A stretch of 64,000 bases of DNA from Eledone cirrhosa (Eukaryota): NCBI GenBank assembly GCA_964016885.1, contig OZ024741.1, forward strand, positions 245,458,001 through 245,522,000. The letters are read 5' to 3'. The notes beneath the pieces are model-generated. The model saw only the letters and a program-made list of their open reading frames with translations. It made no database searches and was not told the DNA's origin. A program made the position numbers and the translations under genes. Shown in pieces: positions 25,200-40,700 of the stretch (its first letter is position 1; every line of letters begins with the position of its first letter).

Positions 25200-28100
25200 A
25201 TTTTTTAAATGGATTTTTTTAATGGATTTTTAATGGATTTTTTTAATGGATTTTTAATGGATTTTTTTAAATTGATTTTTTTTAATGGATTTTTTTTTAT
25301 GGATTTTTTTTTTAATGGATTTTTTTAATGGGTTTTTTTAATGGCTTTTTTAAATGGATTTTTTTAATGGATTTTTTTAATGGATTTTTTTTAATGGGTT
25401 TTTTAAATGGATTTTTTAATGGATTTTTAATGGATTTTTAATGGGTTTTTAATGGATTTTTTAAATGGATTTTTTTAATGGATTTTTTTTAATGGGTTTT
25501 TTAAATGGATTTTTTTAATGGATTTTTAATGGATTTTTAATGGATTTTTAATGGGTTTTTAATGGATTTTTTAAATGGATTTTTTTAATGGATTTTTTAT
25601 GGATTTTTTAAATTGATTTTTTTTAATGGATTTTTTTTAATGGATTTTTTTTAATGGATTTTTTTTTTAATGGATTTTTTTTTAATGGGTTTTTTTAATG
25701 GCTTTTTTAAATGGATTTTTTTAATGGATTTTTTTAATGGGTTTTTTAAATGGATTTTTTAATGGATTTTTAATGGATTTTTAATGGATTTTTAATGGGT
25801 TTTTAATGGATTTTTTAAATGGATTTTTTTAATGGATTTTTAATGGATTTTTTTAATGGATTTTTTTTAATGGGTTTTTTTAAATGGATTTTTTTTTAAT
25901 GGATTTTTTTTAATGGATTTTTTTAATGGATTTTTTAAATGGATTTTTTTAATGGATTTTTTTTAATGGGTTTTTTTAAATGGATTTTTTTTAATGGATT
26001 TTTTAAATGAATTTTTTTAATGGATTTTTTTAATGGGTTTTTTAAATGGATTTTTTAATGGATTTTTAATGGATTTTTAATGGGTTTTTAATGGATTTTT
26101 TAATGGATTTTTTTAAATGGATTTTTTTAATGGATTTTTAATGGATTTTTTTTAATGGATTTTTTTAATGGATTTTTTAATGGATTTTTTTATGGATTTT
26201 TTTTAATGGATTTTTTTTAATGGATTTTTTAAATGGATTTTTTTAATGGATTTTTTTAATGGGTTTTTTTTAATGGATTTTTTTTAATGGATTTTTTAAA
26301 TGGATTTTTTTAATGGATTTTTTTTAATGGGTTTTTTAAATGGATTTTTTAATGGATTTTTAATGGATTTTTAATGGATTTTTAATGGGTTTTTAATGGA
26401 TTTTTTTAAATGGATTTTTTTAATGGATTTTTAATGGATTTTTTTAAATTGATTTTTTTTAATGGATTTTTTTTTAATGGATTTTTTTTTAATGGATTTT
26501 TTTTAATGGATTTTTTTTAATGGGTTTTTTAAATGGATTTTATAAATGGATTTTTTTAATGGATTTTTTTTAATGGGTTTTTTTAATGGATTTTTTAATG
26601 GATTTTTTTAAATGGATTTTTTTAATGGATTTTTAATGGATTTTTTTAAATTGATTTTTTTTAATGGATTTTTTTTAATGGATTTTTTTTTTAATGGATT
26701 TTTTTAATGGGTTTTTTTAATGGCTTTTTTAAATGGATTTTTTTAATGGATTTTTTTAATGGATTTTTTTTAATGGGTTTTTTAAATGGATTTTTTAATG
26801 GATTTTTAATGGATTTTTAATGGATTTTTAATGGGTTTTTAATGGATTTTTTAAATGGATTTTTTTAATGGATTTTTTTTAATGGGTTTTTTAAATGGAT
26901 TTTTTAAATGGATTTTTAATGGATTTTTAATGGATTTTTAATGGGTTTTTAATGGATTTTTTATGGATTTTTTAAATTGATTTTTTTAAATGGATTTTTT
27001 TAATGGATTTTTAATGGATTTTTTTAAATTGATTTTTTTAATGGGTTTTTTTTAATGGCTTTTTATAATGGGTTTTTTTAATGGCTTCTTTAAATGGATT
27101 TTTTTAATGGATTTTTTTAATGGATTTTTTTTAATGGGTTTTTTAAATGGATTTTTTAATGGATTTTTTTAAATGGATTTTTTTAATGGATTTTTAATGG
27201 ATTTTTTTAAATTGATTTTTTTTAATGGATTTTTTTTAATGGATTTTTTTTTTAATATATTTTTTTAATGGGTTTTTTAAATGGATTTTTTAATGGATTT
27301 TTAATGGATTTTTAATGGGTTTTTAATGGATTTTTTAAATGGATTTTTTTAATGGATTTTTTTTAATGGGTTTTTTAAATGGATTTTTTTAATGGATTTT
27401 TAATGGATTTTTAATGGATTTTTAATGGATTTTTAATGGATTTTTTAAATGGATTTTTTTAATGGATTTTTAATGGATTTTTTAAATTGATTTTTTTTAA
27501 TGGGTTTTTTTAAATGGATTTTTTTAATGGATTTTTTAAATGGATTTTTTAATGGCTTTTTTAAATGGGTTTTTTAAATGGATTTTTTAATGGATTTTTA
27601 ATGGATTTTTAATGGATTTTTAATGGGTTTTTAATGGATTTTTTAAATGGATTTTTTTAATGGATTTTTAATGGATTTTTTTAATGGATTTTTTTTAATG
27701 GGTTTTTTTTAATGGATTTTTTTTTAATGGATTTTTTTTAATGGGTTTTTTTTAATGGATTTTTTTAATGGATTTTTTAAATGGATTTTTTTAATGGATT
27801 TTTTTTAATGGGTTTTTTTAAATGGATTTTTTTTAATGGATTTTTTAAATGAATTTTTTTAATGGATTTTTTAATGGGTTTTTTAAATGGATTTTTTAAT
27901 GGATTTTTAATGGATTTTTAATGGGTTTTTAATGGATTTTTTAATGGATTTTTTTAAATGGATTTTTTTAATGGATTTTTAATGGATTTTTTTTAATGGA
28001 TTTTTTTAATGGATTTTTTAATGGATTTTTTTATGGATTTTTTTTAATGGATTTTTTTTTATGGATTTTTTAAATGGATTTTTTTAATGGATTTTTTTAA

Positions 28101-31100
28101 TGGGTTTTTTTTAATGGATTTTTTTTTAATGGATTTTTTAAATGGATTTTTTTAATGGATTTTTTTTAATGGGTTTTTTAAATGGATTTTTTAATGGATT
28201 TTTAATGGATTTTTAATGGATTTTTAATGTGTTTTTAATGGATTTTTTTAATGGATTTTTAATGGATTTTTTAAAATTGATTTTTTTTAATGGATTTTTT
28301 TTTAATGGATTTTTTTTTAATGGATTTTTTTTAATGGATTTTTTTTAATGGGTTTTTTAAATGGATTTTTTAAATGGATTTTTTTAATGGATTTTTTTTA
28401 ATGGGTTTTTTAAATGGATTTTTTAATGGATTTTTTTAAATGGATTTTTTTAATGGATTTTTAATGGATTTTTTTAAATTGATTTTTTTTAATGGATTTT
28501 TTTTAATGGATTTTTTTTTTAATGGATTTTTTTAATGGGTTTTTTTAATGGCTTTTTTAAATGGATTTTTTTAATGGATTTTTTTAATGGATTTTTTTTA
28601 ATGGGTTTTTTAAATGGATTTTTTAATGGATTTTTAATGGATTTTTAATGGGTTTTTAATGGATTTTTTAAATGGATTTTTTTAATGGATTTTTTTTTAA
28701 TGGGTTTTTTAAATGGATTTTTTTAATGGATTTTTAATGGATTTTTAATGGATTTTTAATGGGTTTTTAATGGATTTTTTAAATGGATTTTTTTAATGGA
28801 TGTTTTATGGATTTTTTAAATTGATTTTTTTTAATGGATTTTTTTTAATGGATTTTTTTTAATGGATTTATTTTTTAATGGATTTTTTTTTAATGGGTTT
28901 TTTTAATGGCTTTTTTAAATGGATTTTTTAATGGATTTTTTTAATGGGTTTTTTAAATGGATTTTTTAATGGATTTTTAATGGATTTTTAATGGATTTTT
29001 AATGGGTTTTTAATGGATTTTTTAAATGGATTTTTTTTAATGGATTTTTTAAATGGATTTTTTTAATGGATTTTTTTAATGGTTTTTTTTTAATGGATTT
29101 TTTTTAATGGATTTTTTAAATGGATTTTTTTAATGGATTTTTTTTAATGGGTTTTTTAAATGGATTTTTTAATGGATTTTTAATGGATTTTTAATGGATT
29201 TTTAATGGGTTTTTAATGGATTTTTTAAATGGATTTTTGTAATGGATTTTTAATGGATTTTTTTAAATTGATTTTTTTTAATGGATTTTTTTTAATGGAT
29301 TTTTTTTTTAATGGATTTTTTTAATGGGTTTTTTTAATGGCTTTTTTAAATGGATTTTTTTAATGGATTTTTTTAATGGATTTTTTTTAATGGGTTTTTT
29401 AAATGGATTTTTTAATGGATTTTTAATGGATTTTTAATGGGTTTTTAATGGATTTTTTAAATGGATTTTTTTAATGGATTTTTTTTAATGGGTTTTTTAA
29501 ATGGATTTTTTTAATGGATTTTTAATGGATTTTTAATGGATTTTTAATGGGTTTTTAATGGATTTTTTAAATGGATTTTTTTAATGGATTTTTTATGGAT
29601 TTTTTAAATTGATTTTTTTTAATGGATTTTTTTTAATGGATTTTTTTTAATGGATTTTTTTTTTAATGGATTTTTTTTTAATGGGTTTTTTTAATGGCTT
29701 TTTTAAATGGATTTTTTTAATGGATTTTTTTAATGGGTTTTTTAAATGGATTTTTTAATGGATTTTTAATGGATTTTTAATGGATTTTTAATGGGTTTTT
29801 AATGGATTTTTTAAATGGATTTTTTTAATGGATTTTTAATGGATTTTTTTAATGGATTTTTTTTAATGGGTTTTTTTAAATGGATTTTTTTTTAATGGAT
29901 TTTTTTTAATGGATTTTTTTAATGGATTTTTTAAATGGATTTTTTTAATGGATTTTTTTTAATGGGTTTTTTTAAATGGATTTTTTTTAATGGATTTTTT
30001 AAATGAATTTTTTTAATGGATTTTTTTAATGGGTTTTTTAAATGGATTTTTTAATGGATTTTTAATGGATTTTTAATGGGTTTTTAATGGATTTTTTAAT
30101 GGATTTTTTTAATGAATTTTTAATGGATTTTTTTTAATGGATTTTTTTAATGGATTTTTTAATGGATTTTTTTATGGATTTTTTTTAATGGATTTTTTTT
30201 AATGGATTTTTTAAATGGATTTTTTTAATGGATTTTTTTAATGGGTTTTTTTTAATGGATTTTTTTTAATGGATTTTTTAAATGGATTTTTTTAATGGAT
30301 TTTTTTTAATGGGTTTTTTAAATGGATTTTTTAATGGATTTTTAATGGATTTTTAATGGATTTTTAATGGGTTTTTAATGGATTTTTTTAAATGGATTTT
30401 TTTAATGGATTTTTAATGGATTTTTTTAAATTGATTTTTTTTAATGGATTTTTTTTTAATGGATTTTTTTTTAATGGATTTTTTTTTAATGGATTTTTTT
30501 TAATGGGTTTTTTAAATGGATTTTATAAATGGATTTTTTTAATGGGTTTTTTTTAATGGATTTTTTTTAATGGATTTTTTAAATGGATTTTTTTAATGGA
30601 TTTTTTTTAATGGGTTTTTTAAATGGATTTTTTAATGGATTTTTAATGGATTTTTAATGGATTTTTAATGGGTTTTTAATGGATTTTTTTAAATATATTT
30701 TTTTAATGGATTTTTAATGGATTTTTTTAATGGATTTTTTTTAATTGTTTCTTTTAATGGATTTTTTTTTAATGGATTTTTTTTAATGGGTTTTTTTTTA
30801 ATGGATTTTTTTTAATGGAATTTTTAAATGGATTTTTTTAATGGATTTTTTTTAATGGGTTTTTTTAAATGGATTTTTTTTAATGGATTTTTTTTAATGG
30901 ATTTTTTTTAATGGATTTTTTTTAATGGGTTTTTTAAATGGATTTTTTACTGGATTTTTAATGGATTTTTAATGGGTTTTTAATGGATTTTTTTAAATGG
31001 ATTTTTTTTAATGGATTTTTAATGGATTTTTTTAAATTGATTTTTTTAATGGGTTTTTTTAATGGCTTTTTTTAATGGGTTTTTTTAATGGCTTTTTTAA

Positions 31101-34100
31101 ATGGATTTTTTAAATGGATTTTTTTAATGGATTTTTTTAAATGGATTTTTTTAATGGATTTTTAATGGATTTTTTTAAATTGATTTTTTTTAATGGATTT
31201 TTTTTAATGGATTTTTTTTTTAATGGATTTTTTTAATGGGTTTTTTTAATGGCTTTTTTAAATGGATTTTTTTAATGTTTTTTTTTAATGGGTTTTTAAA
31301 TGGATTTTTTAATGGATTTTTAATTGATTTTTAATGGATTTTTAATGGGTTTTTAATGGATTTTTAATGGATTTTTTAAATTGATTTTTTTTAATGGGTT
31401 TTTTTAAATGGATTTTTTTAATGGATTTTTTAAATGGATTTTTTAATGGCTTTTTTAAATGGGTTTTTTAAATGGATTTTTTAATGGATTTTTAATGGAT
31501 TTTTAATGGATTTTTAATGGATTTTTAATGGATTTTTTAATGACTTTTTTAAATGGATTTTTTTAATGGATTTTTAATGGATTTTTTTTAATGGATTTTT
31601 TTTAATGGATTTTTTTAATGGATTTTTTTTTTTAATGGATTTCTTTTTAATGGGTTTTTTTAATGGCTTTTTTAAATGGATTTTTTTAATGGATTTTTTT
31701 AATGGGTTTTTTAAATGGATTTTTTAATGGATTTTTAATGGATTTTTAATGGATTTTTAATGGGTTTTTAATGGATTTTTTAAATGGATTTTTTTAATGG
31801 ATTTTTAATGGATTTTTTTAATGGATTTTTAATGGATTTTTTTAAATTGATTTTTTTTAATGGATTTTTTTTAATGGATTTTTTTTTTAATGGATTTTTT
31901 TAATGGGTTTTTTTAATGGCTTTTTTAAATGGATTTTTTTAATGGATTTTTTTAATGGATTTTTTTTAATGGGTTTTTTAAATGGATTTTTTAATGGATT
32001 TTTAATGGATTTTTAATGGGTTTTTAATGGATTTTTTAAATGGATTTTTTTAATGGATTTTTTTTAATGGGTTTTTTAAATGGATTTTTTTAATGGATTT
32101 TTAATGGATTTTTAATGGATTTTTAATGGGTTTTTAATGGATTTTTTAAATGGATTTTTTTAATGGATTTTTTATGGATTTTTTAAATTGATTTTTTTTA
32201 ATGGATTTTTTTTAATGGATTTTTTTTAATGGATTTTTTTTTTAATGGATTTTTTTTTAATGGGTTTTTTTAATGGCTTTTTTAAATGGATTTTTTTAAT
32301 GGATTTTTTTAATGGGTTTTTTAAATGGATTTTTTAATGGATTTTTAATGGATTTTTAATGGATTTTTAATGGGTTTTTAATGGATTTTTTAAATGGATT
32401 TTTTTAATGGATTTTTAATGGATTTTTTTAATGGATTTTTTTTAATGGGTTTTTTTAAATGGATTTTTTTTTAATGGATTTTTTTTAATGGATTTTTTTA
32501 ATGGATTTTTTAAATGGATTTTTTTAATGGATTTTTTTTAATGGGTTTTTTTAAATGGATTTTTTTTAATGGATTTTTTAAATGAATTTTTTTAATGGAT
32601 TTTTTTAATGGATTTTTTAATGGATTTTTAATGGATTTTTAATGGGTTTTTAATGGATTTTTTAATGGATTTTTTTAAATGGATTTTTTTAATGGATTTT
32701 TAATGGATTTTTTTTAATGGATTTTTTTAATGGATTTTTTAATGGATTTTTTTATGGATTTTTTTTAATGGATTTTTTTTAATGGATTTTTTAAATGGAT
32801 TTTTTTAATGGATTTTTTTAATGGGTTTTTTTTAATGGATTTTTTTTAATGGATTTTTTAAATGGATTTTTTTAATGGATTTTTTTTAATGGGTTTTTTA
32901 AATGGATTTTTTAATGGATTTTTAATGGATTTTTAATGGATTTTTAATGGGTTTTTAATGGATTTTTTTAAATGGATTTTTTTAATGGATTTTTAATGGA
33001 TTTTTTTAAATTGATTTTTTTTAATGGATTTTTTTTTAATGGATTTTTTTTTAATGGATTTTTTTTTAATGGATTTTTTTTAATGGGTTTTTTAAATGGA
33101 TTTTATAAATGGATTTTTTTAATGGATTTTTTTTAATGGGTTTTTTAAATGGATTTTTTAATGGATTTTTTTAAATGGATTTTTTTAATGGATTTTTAAT
33201 GGATTTTTTTAAATTGATTTTTTTTAATGGATTTTTTTTAATGGATTTTTTTTTTAATGGATTTTTTTAATGGGTTTTTTTAATGGCTTTTTTAAATGGA
33301 TTTTTTTAATGGATTTTTTTAATGGATTTTTTTTAATGGGTTTTTTAAATGGATTTTTTAATGGATTTTTAATGGATTTTTAATGGATTTTTAATGGGTT
33401 TTTAATGGATTTTTTAAATGGATTTTTTTAATGGATTTTTTTTAATGGGTTTTTTAAATGGATTTTTTTAATGGATTTTTAATGGATTTTTAATGGATTT
33501 TTAATGGGTTTTTAATGGATTTTTTATGGATTTTTTAAATTGATTTTTTTAAATGGATTTTTTTAATGGATTTTTAATGGATTTTTTTAAATTGATTTTT
33601 TTAATGGTTTTTTTTTAATGGCTTTTTATAATGGGTTTTTTTAATGGCTTCTTTAAATGGATTTTTTTAATGGATTTTTTTAATGGATTTTTTTTAATGG
33701 GTTTTTTAAATGGATTTTTTAATGGATTTTTTTAAATGGATTTTTTTAATGGATTTTTAATGGATTTTTTTAAATTGATTTTTTTTAATGGATTTTTTTT
33801 AATGGATTTTTTTTTTAATATATTTTTTTAATGGGTTTTTTAAATGGATTTTTTAATGGATTTTTAATGGATTTTTAATGGGTTTTTAATGGATTTTTTA
33901 AATGGATTTTTTTAATGGATTTTTTTTAATGGGTTTTTTAAATGGATTTTTTTAATGGATTTTTAATGGATTTTTAATGGATTTTTAATGGGTTTTTAAT
34001 GGATTTTTTAAATGGATTTTTTTAATGGATTTTTAATGGATTTTTTAAATTGATTTTTTTTAATGGGTTTTTTTAAATGGATTTTTTTAATGGATTTTTT

Positions 34101-35750
34101 AAATGGATTTTTTAATGGCTTTTTTAAATGGGTTTTTTAAATGGATTTTTTAATGGATTTTTAATGGATTTTTAATGGATTTTTAATGGATTTTTAATGG
34201 ATTTTTTAATGACTTTTTTAAATGGATTTTTTTAATGGATTTTTAATGGATTTTTTTTAATGGATTTTTTTTAATGGATTTTTTTTAATGGATTTTTTTT
34301 TTTTAATGGATTTTTTTTTAATGGGTTTTTTTAATGGCTTTTTTAAATGGATTTTTTTAATGGATTTTTTTAATGGGTTTTTTAAATGGATTTTTTAATG
34401 GATTTTTAATGGATTTTTAATGGATTTTTAATGGGTTTTTAATGGATTTTTTAAATGGATTTTTTTAATGGATTTTTAATGGATTTTTTTAATGGATTTT
34501 TTTTAATGGGTTTTTTTTAATGGATTTTTTTTTAATGGATTTTTTTTAATGGGTTTTTTTTAATGGATTTTTTTAATGGATTTTTTAAATGGATTTTTTT
34601 AATGGATTTTTTTAATGGGTTTTTTTAAATGGATTTTTTTTAATGGATTTTTTAAATGAATTTTTTTAATGGATTTTTTAATGGGTTTTTTAAATGGATT
34701 TTTTAATGGATTTTTAATGGATTTTTAATGGGTTTTTAATGGATTTTTTAATGGATTTTTTTAAATGGATTTTTTTAATGGATTTTTAATGGATTTTTTT
34801 TAATGGATTTTTTTAATGGATTTTTTAATGGATTTTTTTATGGATTTTTTTTAATGGATTTTTTTTTATGGATTTTTTAAATGGATTTTTTTAATGGATT
34901 TTTTTAATGGGTTTTTTTTAATGGATTTTTTTTTAATGGATTTTTTAAATGGATTTTTTTAATGGATTTTTTTTAATGGGTTTTTTAAATGGATTTTTTA
35001 ATGGATTTTTAATGGATTTTTAATGGATTTTTAATGTGTTTTTAATGGATTTTTTTAATGGATTTTTAATGGATTTTTTAAAATTGATTTTTTTTAATGG
35101 ATTTTTTTTTAATGGATTTTTTTTTAATGGATTTTTTTTAATGGATTTTTTTTAATGGGTTTTTTAAATGGATTTTTTAAATGGATTTTTTTAATGGATT
35201 TTTTTTAATGGGTTTTTTAAATGGATTTTTTAATGGATTTTTTTAAATGGATTTTTTTAATGGATTTTTAATGGATTTTTTTAAATTGATTTTTTTTAAT
35301 GGATTTTTTTTAATGGATTTTTTTTTTAATGGATTTTTTTAATGGGTTTTTTTAATGGCTTTTTTAAATGGATTTTTTTAATGGATTTTTTTAATGGATT
35401 TTTTTTAATGGGTTTTTTAAATGGATTTTTTAATGGATTTTTAATGGATTTTTAATGGGTTTTTAATGGATTTTTTAAATGGATTTTTTTAATGGATTTT
35501 TTTTTAATGGGTTTTTTAAATGGATTTTTTTAATGGATTTTTAATGGATTTTTAATGGATTTTTAATGGGTTTTTAATGGATTTTTTAAATGGATTTTTT
35601 TAATGGATTTTTTATGGATTTTTTAAATTGATTTTTTTTAATGGATTTTTTTTAATGGATTTTTTTTAATGGATTTTTTTTTTAATGGATTTTTTTTTAA
35701 TGGGTTTTTTTAATGGCTTTTTTAAATGGATTTTTTTAATGGATTTTTTT
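25200..35750. repeat. Direct duplication ~25.2-28.9 kb vs ~31.8-35.7 kb (offset 6563 then 6807)
   Basis: GGATTTTATAAAT 26542/33105, GGCTTTTTATA 27065/33628, GGCTTCTTT 27088/33651, AATATA 27254/33817 (+6563); AATGTG 28230/35037, AAAATTGA 28273/35080 (+6807). Confidence 0.85.
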
Positions 35751-37759
35751 AATGGGTTTTTTAAATGGATTTTTTAATGGATTTTTAATGGATTTTTAAT
35801 GGATTTTTAATGGGTTTTTAATGGATTTTTTAAATGGATTTTTTTAATGGATTTTTAATGGATTTTTTTAATGGATTTTTTTTAATGGGTTTTTTTAAAT
35901 GGATTTTTTTTAATGGATTTTTTTTAATGGGTTTTTATTAATGGATTTTTTTAATGGATTTTTTAAATGGATTTTTTTAATGGATTTTTTTTAATGGGTT
36001 TTTTTAAATGGATTTTTTTTAATGGATTTTTTAAATGAATTTTTTTAATGGATTTTTTTAATGGGTTTTTTAAATGGATTTTTTAATGGATTTTTAATGG
36101 ATTTTTAATGGGTTTTTAATGGATTTTTTAATGGATTTTTTTAAATGGATTTTTTTAATGGATTTTTAATGGATTTTTTTTAATGGATTTTTTTAATGGA
36201 TTTTTTTAATGGATTTTTTTATGGATTTTTTTTAATGGATTTTTTTTAATGGATTTTTTAAATGGATTTTTTTAATGGATTTTTTTAATGGGTTTTTTTT
36301 AATGGATTTTTTTTAATGGATTTTTTAAATGGATTTTTTTAATGGATTTTTTTTAATGGGTTTTTTAAATGGATTTTTTAATGGATTTTTAATGGATTTT
36401 TAATGGATTTTTAATGGGTTTTTAATGGATTTTTTTAAATGGATTTTTTTAATGGATTTTTAATGGATTTTTTTAAATTGATTTTTTTTAATGGATTTTT
36501 TTTTAATGGATTTTTTTTTAATGGATTTTTTTTTAATGGATTTTTTTTTAATGGATTTTTTTTAATGGGTTTTTTAAATGGATTTTATAAATGGATTTTT
36601 TTAATGGATTTTTTTTAATGGGTTTTTTAAATGGATTTTTTAATGGATTTTTTTAAATGGATTTTTTTAATGGATTTTTAATGGATTTTTTTAAATTGAT
36701 TTTTTTTAATGGATTTTTTTTAATGGATTTTTTTTTAATGGATTTTTTTAATGGGTTTTTTTAATGGCTTTTTTAAATGGATTTTTTTAATGGATTTTTT
36801 TAATGGATTTTTTTTAATGGGTTTTTTAAATGGATTTTTAATGGATTTTTAATGGATTTTTAATGGGTTTTTAATGGATTTTTTAAATGGATTTTTTTAA
36901 TGGATTTTTTTTAATGGGTTTTTTAAATGGATTTTTTTAATGGATTTTTAATGGATTTTTAATGGATTTTTAATGGGTTTTTAATGGATTTTTTATGGAT
37001 TTTTTAAATTGATTTTTTTTAATGGATTTTTTTTAATGGATTTTTTTTAATGGATTTTTTTTTTAATGGATTTTTTTTTAATGGGTTTTTTTAATGGCTT
37101 TTTTAAATGGATTTTTTTAATGGATTTTTTTAATGGATTTTTTTAATGGATTTTTTTTTAATGGTTTTTTTAATGGCTTTTTTAAATGGATTTTTTTAAT
37201 GGATTTTTTTTAATGGGTTTTTTTTTAATGGATTTTTTTTAATGGATTTTTTAAATGGATTTTTTTAATGAATTTTTTTTAATGGGTTTTTTTAAATGGA
37301 TTTTTTTTAATGGATTTTTTAAATGAATTTTTTTAATGGATTTTTTTAATGGGTTTTTTAAATGGATTTTTTAATGGATTTTTAATGGATTTTTAATGGG
37401 TTTTTAATGGATTTTTTAATGGATTTTTTTAAATGGATTTTTTTAATGGATTTTTAATGGATTTTTTTTAAAGGATTTTTTTAATGGATTTTTTAATGGA
37501 TTTTTTAATGGATTTTTTTTAATGGATTTTTTTAATGGATTTTTTAAATGAATTTTTTTAATGGATTTTTTTAATGTGTTTTTTTTAATGGATTTTTTTT
37601 TTATGGATTTTTTAAATGGATTTTTTTAATGGATTTTTTTTAATGGGTTTTTTAAATGGATTTTTTAATGGATTTTTAATGGATTTTTAATGGGTTTTTA
37701 ATGGATTTTTTTTTAATGGTTTTTTTAATGGCTTTTTTAAATGGATTTTTTTAATGGAT

Positions 37760-40700
37760 TTTTTTTAATGGCTTTTTTTTAATGGGTTTTTTTAATGGCT
37801 TTTTTAAATGGATTTTTTTAATGGATTTTTTAATGGATTTTTTTTAATGGGTTTTTTAAATGGATTTTTTAATGGATTTTTTTAAATGGATTTTTTTAAT
37901 GGATTTTTAATGGATTTTTTTAAATTGATTTTTTTTAATGGATTTTTTTTAATGGATTTTTTTTTTAATGGATTTTTGTAATGGGTTTTTTTAATGGCTT
38001 TTTTAAATGGATTTTTTTAATGGTTTTTTTTTAATGGGTTTTTTAAATGGATATTTTAATGGATTTTTAATTGATTTTTAATGGATTTTTAATGGGTTTT
38101 TAATGGATTTTTGAAATGGATTTTTTAATGGATTTTTTTTAATGGGTTTTTTAAATGGATTTTTTTAATGGATTTTTAATGGATTTTTAATGGATTTTTT
38201 AATGACTTTTTTTAAATGGATTTTTTTAATGGATTTTTAATGGATTTTTTTTAATGGATTTTTTTTAATGGATTTTTTTTAATGGATTTTTTTTTTTTAA
38301 TGGATTTTTTTTTAATGGGTTTTTTTAATGGCTTTTTTAAATGGATTTTTTTAATGGATTTTTTTAATGGATTTTTTTAATGGGTTTTTTAAATGGATTT
38401 TTTAATGGATTTTTAATGGATTTTTAATGGATTTTTAATGGGTTTTTAATGGATTTTTTTAAATAGATTTTTTTAATGGATTTTTAATGGATTTTTTTAA
38501 TGGATTTTTTTAATGGGTTTTTTTAATGGATTTTTTTTTAATGGATTTTTTTTAATGGGTTTTTTTTTAATGGATTTTTTTTAATGGATTTTTTAAATGG
38601 ATTTTTTTAATGGATTTTTTTTAATGGGTTTTTTTAAATGGATTTTTTTTAATGGATTTTTTAAATGAATTTTTTTAATGGATTTTTTTAATGGGTTTTT
38701 TTAATGGATTTTTTAATGGATTTTTAATGGATTTTTAATGGATTTTTAATGGATTTTTTAATGGATTTTTTTAAATGGATTTTTTTAATGGATTTTTAAT
38801 GGATTTTTTTAAATTGATTTTTTTTAATGGATTTTTTTTTTAATGGATTTTTTTTTAATGGATTTTTTTTTAATGGATTTTTTTTAATGGGTTTTTTAAA
38901 TGGATTTTTTAATGGATTTTTAATGGATTTTTAATGGGTTTTTAATGGATTTTTTAAATGGATTTTTTTAATGGATTTTTTTAAATTGATTTTTTTAATG
39001 GGTTTTTTTAATGGCTTTTTTTTAATGGGTTTTTTTAATGGCTTTTTTAAATGGATTTTTTTAATGGATTTTTTAATGGATTTTTTTTAATGGGTTTTTT
39101 AAATGGATTTTTTAATGGATTTTTTTAAATGGATTTTTTTAATGGATTTTTAATGGATTTTTTTAAATTGATTTTTTTTAATGGATTTTTTTTAATGGAT
39201 TTTTTTTTTAATGGATTTTTTTAATGGGTTTTTTTAATGGCTTTTTTAAATGGATTTTTTTAATGGTTTTTTTTTAATGGGTTTTTTAAATGGATTTTTT
39301 AATGGATTTTTAATTGATTTTTAATGGATTTTTAATGGGTTTTTAATGGATTTTTGAAATGGATTTTTTAATGGATTTTTTTTAATGGGTTTTTTAAATG
39401 GATTTTTTTAATGGATTTTTAATGGATTTTTAATGGATTTTTTAATGACTTTTTTTAAATGGATTTTTTTAATGGATTTTTAATGGATTTTTTTTAATGG
39501 ATTTTTTCTAATGGATTTTTTTTAATGGATTTTTTTTTTTAATGGATTTTTTTTTAATGGGTTTTTTTAATGGCTTTTTTAAATGGATTTTTTTAATGGA
39601 TTTTTTTAATGGATTTTTTTAACGGGTTTTTTAAATGGATTTTTTAATGGATTTTTAATGGATTTTTAATGGATTTTTAATGGGTTTTTAATGGATTTTT
39701 TTAAATAGATTTTTTTAATGGATTTTTAATGGATTTTTTTAATGGATTTTTTTAATGGGTTTTTTTAATGGATTTTTTTTTAATGGATTTTTTTTAATGG
39801 GTTTTTTTTAATGGATTTTTTTTAATGGATTTTTTAAATGGATTTTTTTAATGGATTTTTTTTAATGGGTTTTTTTAAATGGATTTTTTTTAATGGATTT
39901 TTTAAATGAATTTTTTTAATGGATTTTTTTAATGGGTTTTTTAAATGGATTTTTTAATGGATTTTTAATGGATTTTTAATGGATTTTTAATGGATTTTTT
40001 AATGGATTTTTTTAAATGGATTTTTTTAATGGATTTTTAATGCATTTTTTTTAATGGATTTTTTTAATGGATTTTTTTTTAATGGATTTTTTTTTAATGG
40101 ATTTTTTTTTAATGAATTTTTTTTAATGGGTTTTTTAAATGGATTTTTTAATGGATTTTTAATGGATTTTTAATGGGTTTTTAATGGATTTTTTAATGGA
40201 TTTTTTTAAATGGATTTTTTTAATGGATTTTTAATGGATTTTTTTTAATGGATTTTTTTAATGGATTTTTTAATGGATTTTTTAATGGATTTTTTTAAAT
40301 GGATTTTTTTAATGGATTTTTTAAATGGATTTTTTTAATGGATTTTTTTAATGGTTTTTTTTTAATGGATTTTTTTTTAATGGATTTTTTAAATGGATTT
40401 TTGTAATGGATTTTTTTTAATGGGTTTTTTAAATGGATTTTTTAATGGATTTTTAATGGATTTTTAATGGATTTTTAATGGATTTTTAATGGATTTTTAA
40501 TGGGTTTTTAATGGATTTTTTAAATGGATTTTTTTAATGGATTTTTAATGGATTTTTTTAATGGATTTTTTTAATGGGTTTTTTTAATGGATTTTTTTTT
40601 AATGGATTTTTTTTAATGGGTTTTTTTTAATGGATTTTTTTAAATGGATTTTTTAAATGGATTTTTTTAATGGATTTTTTTTAATGGGTTTTTTTAAATG

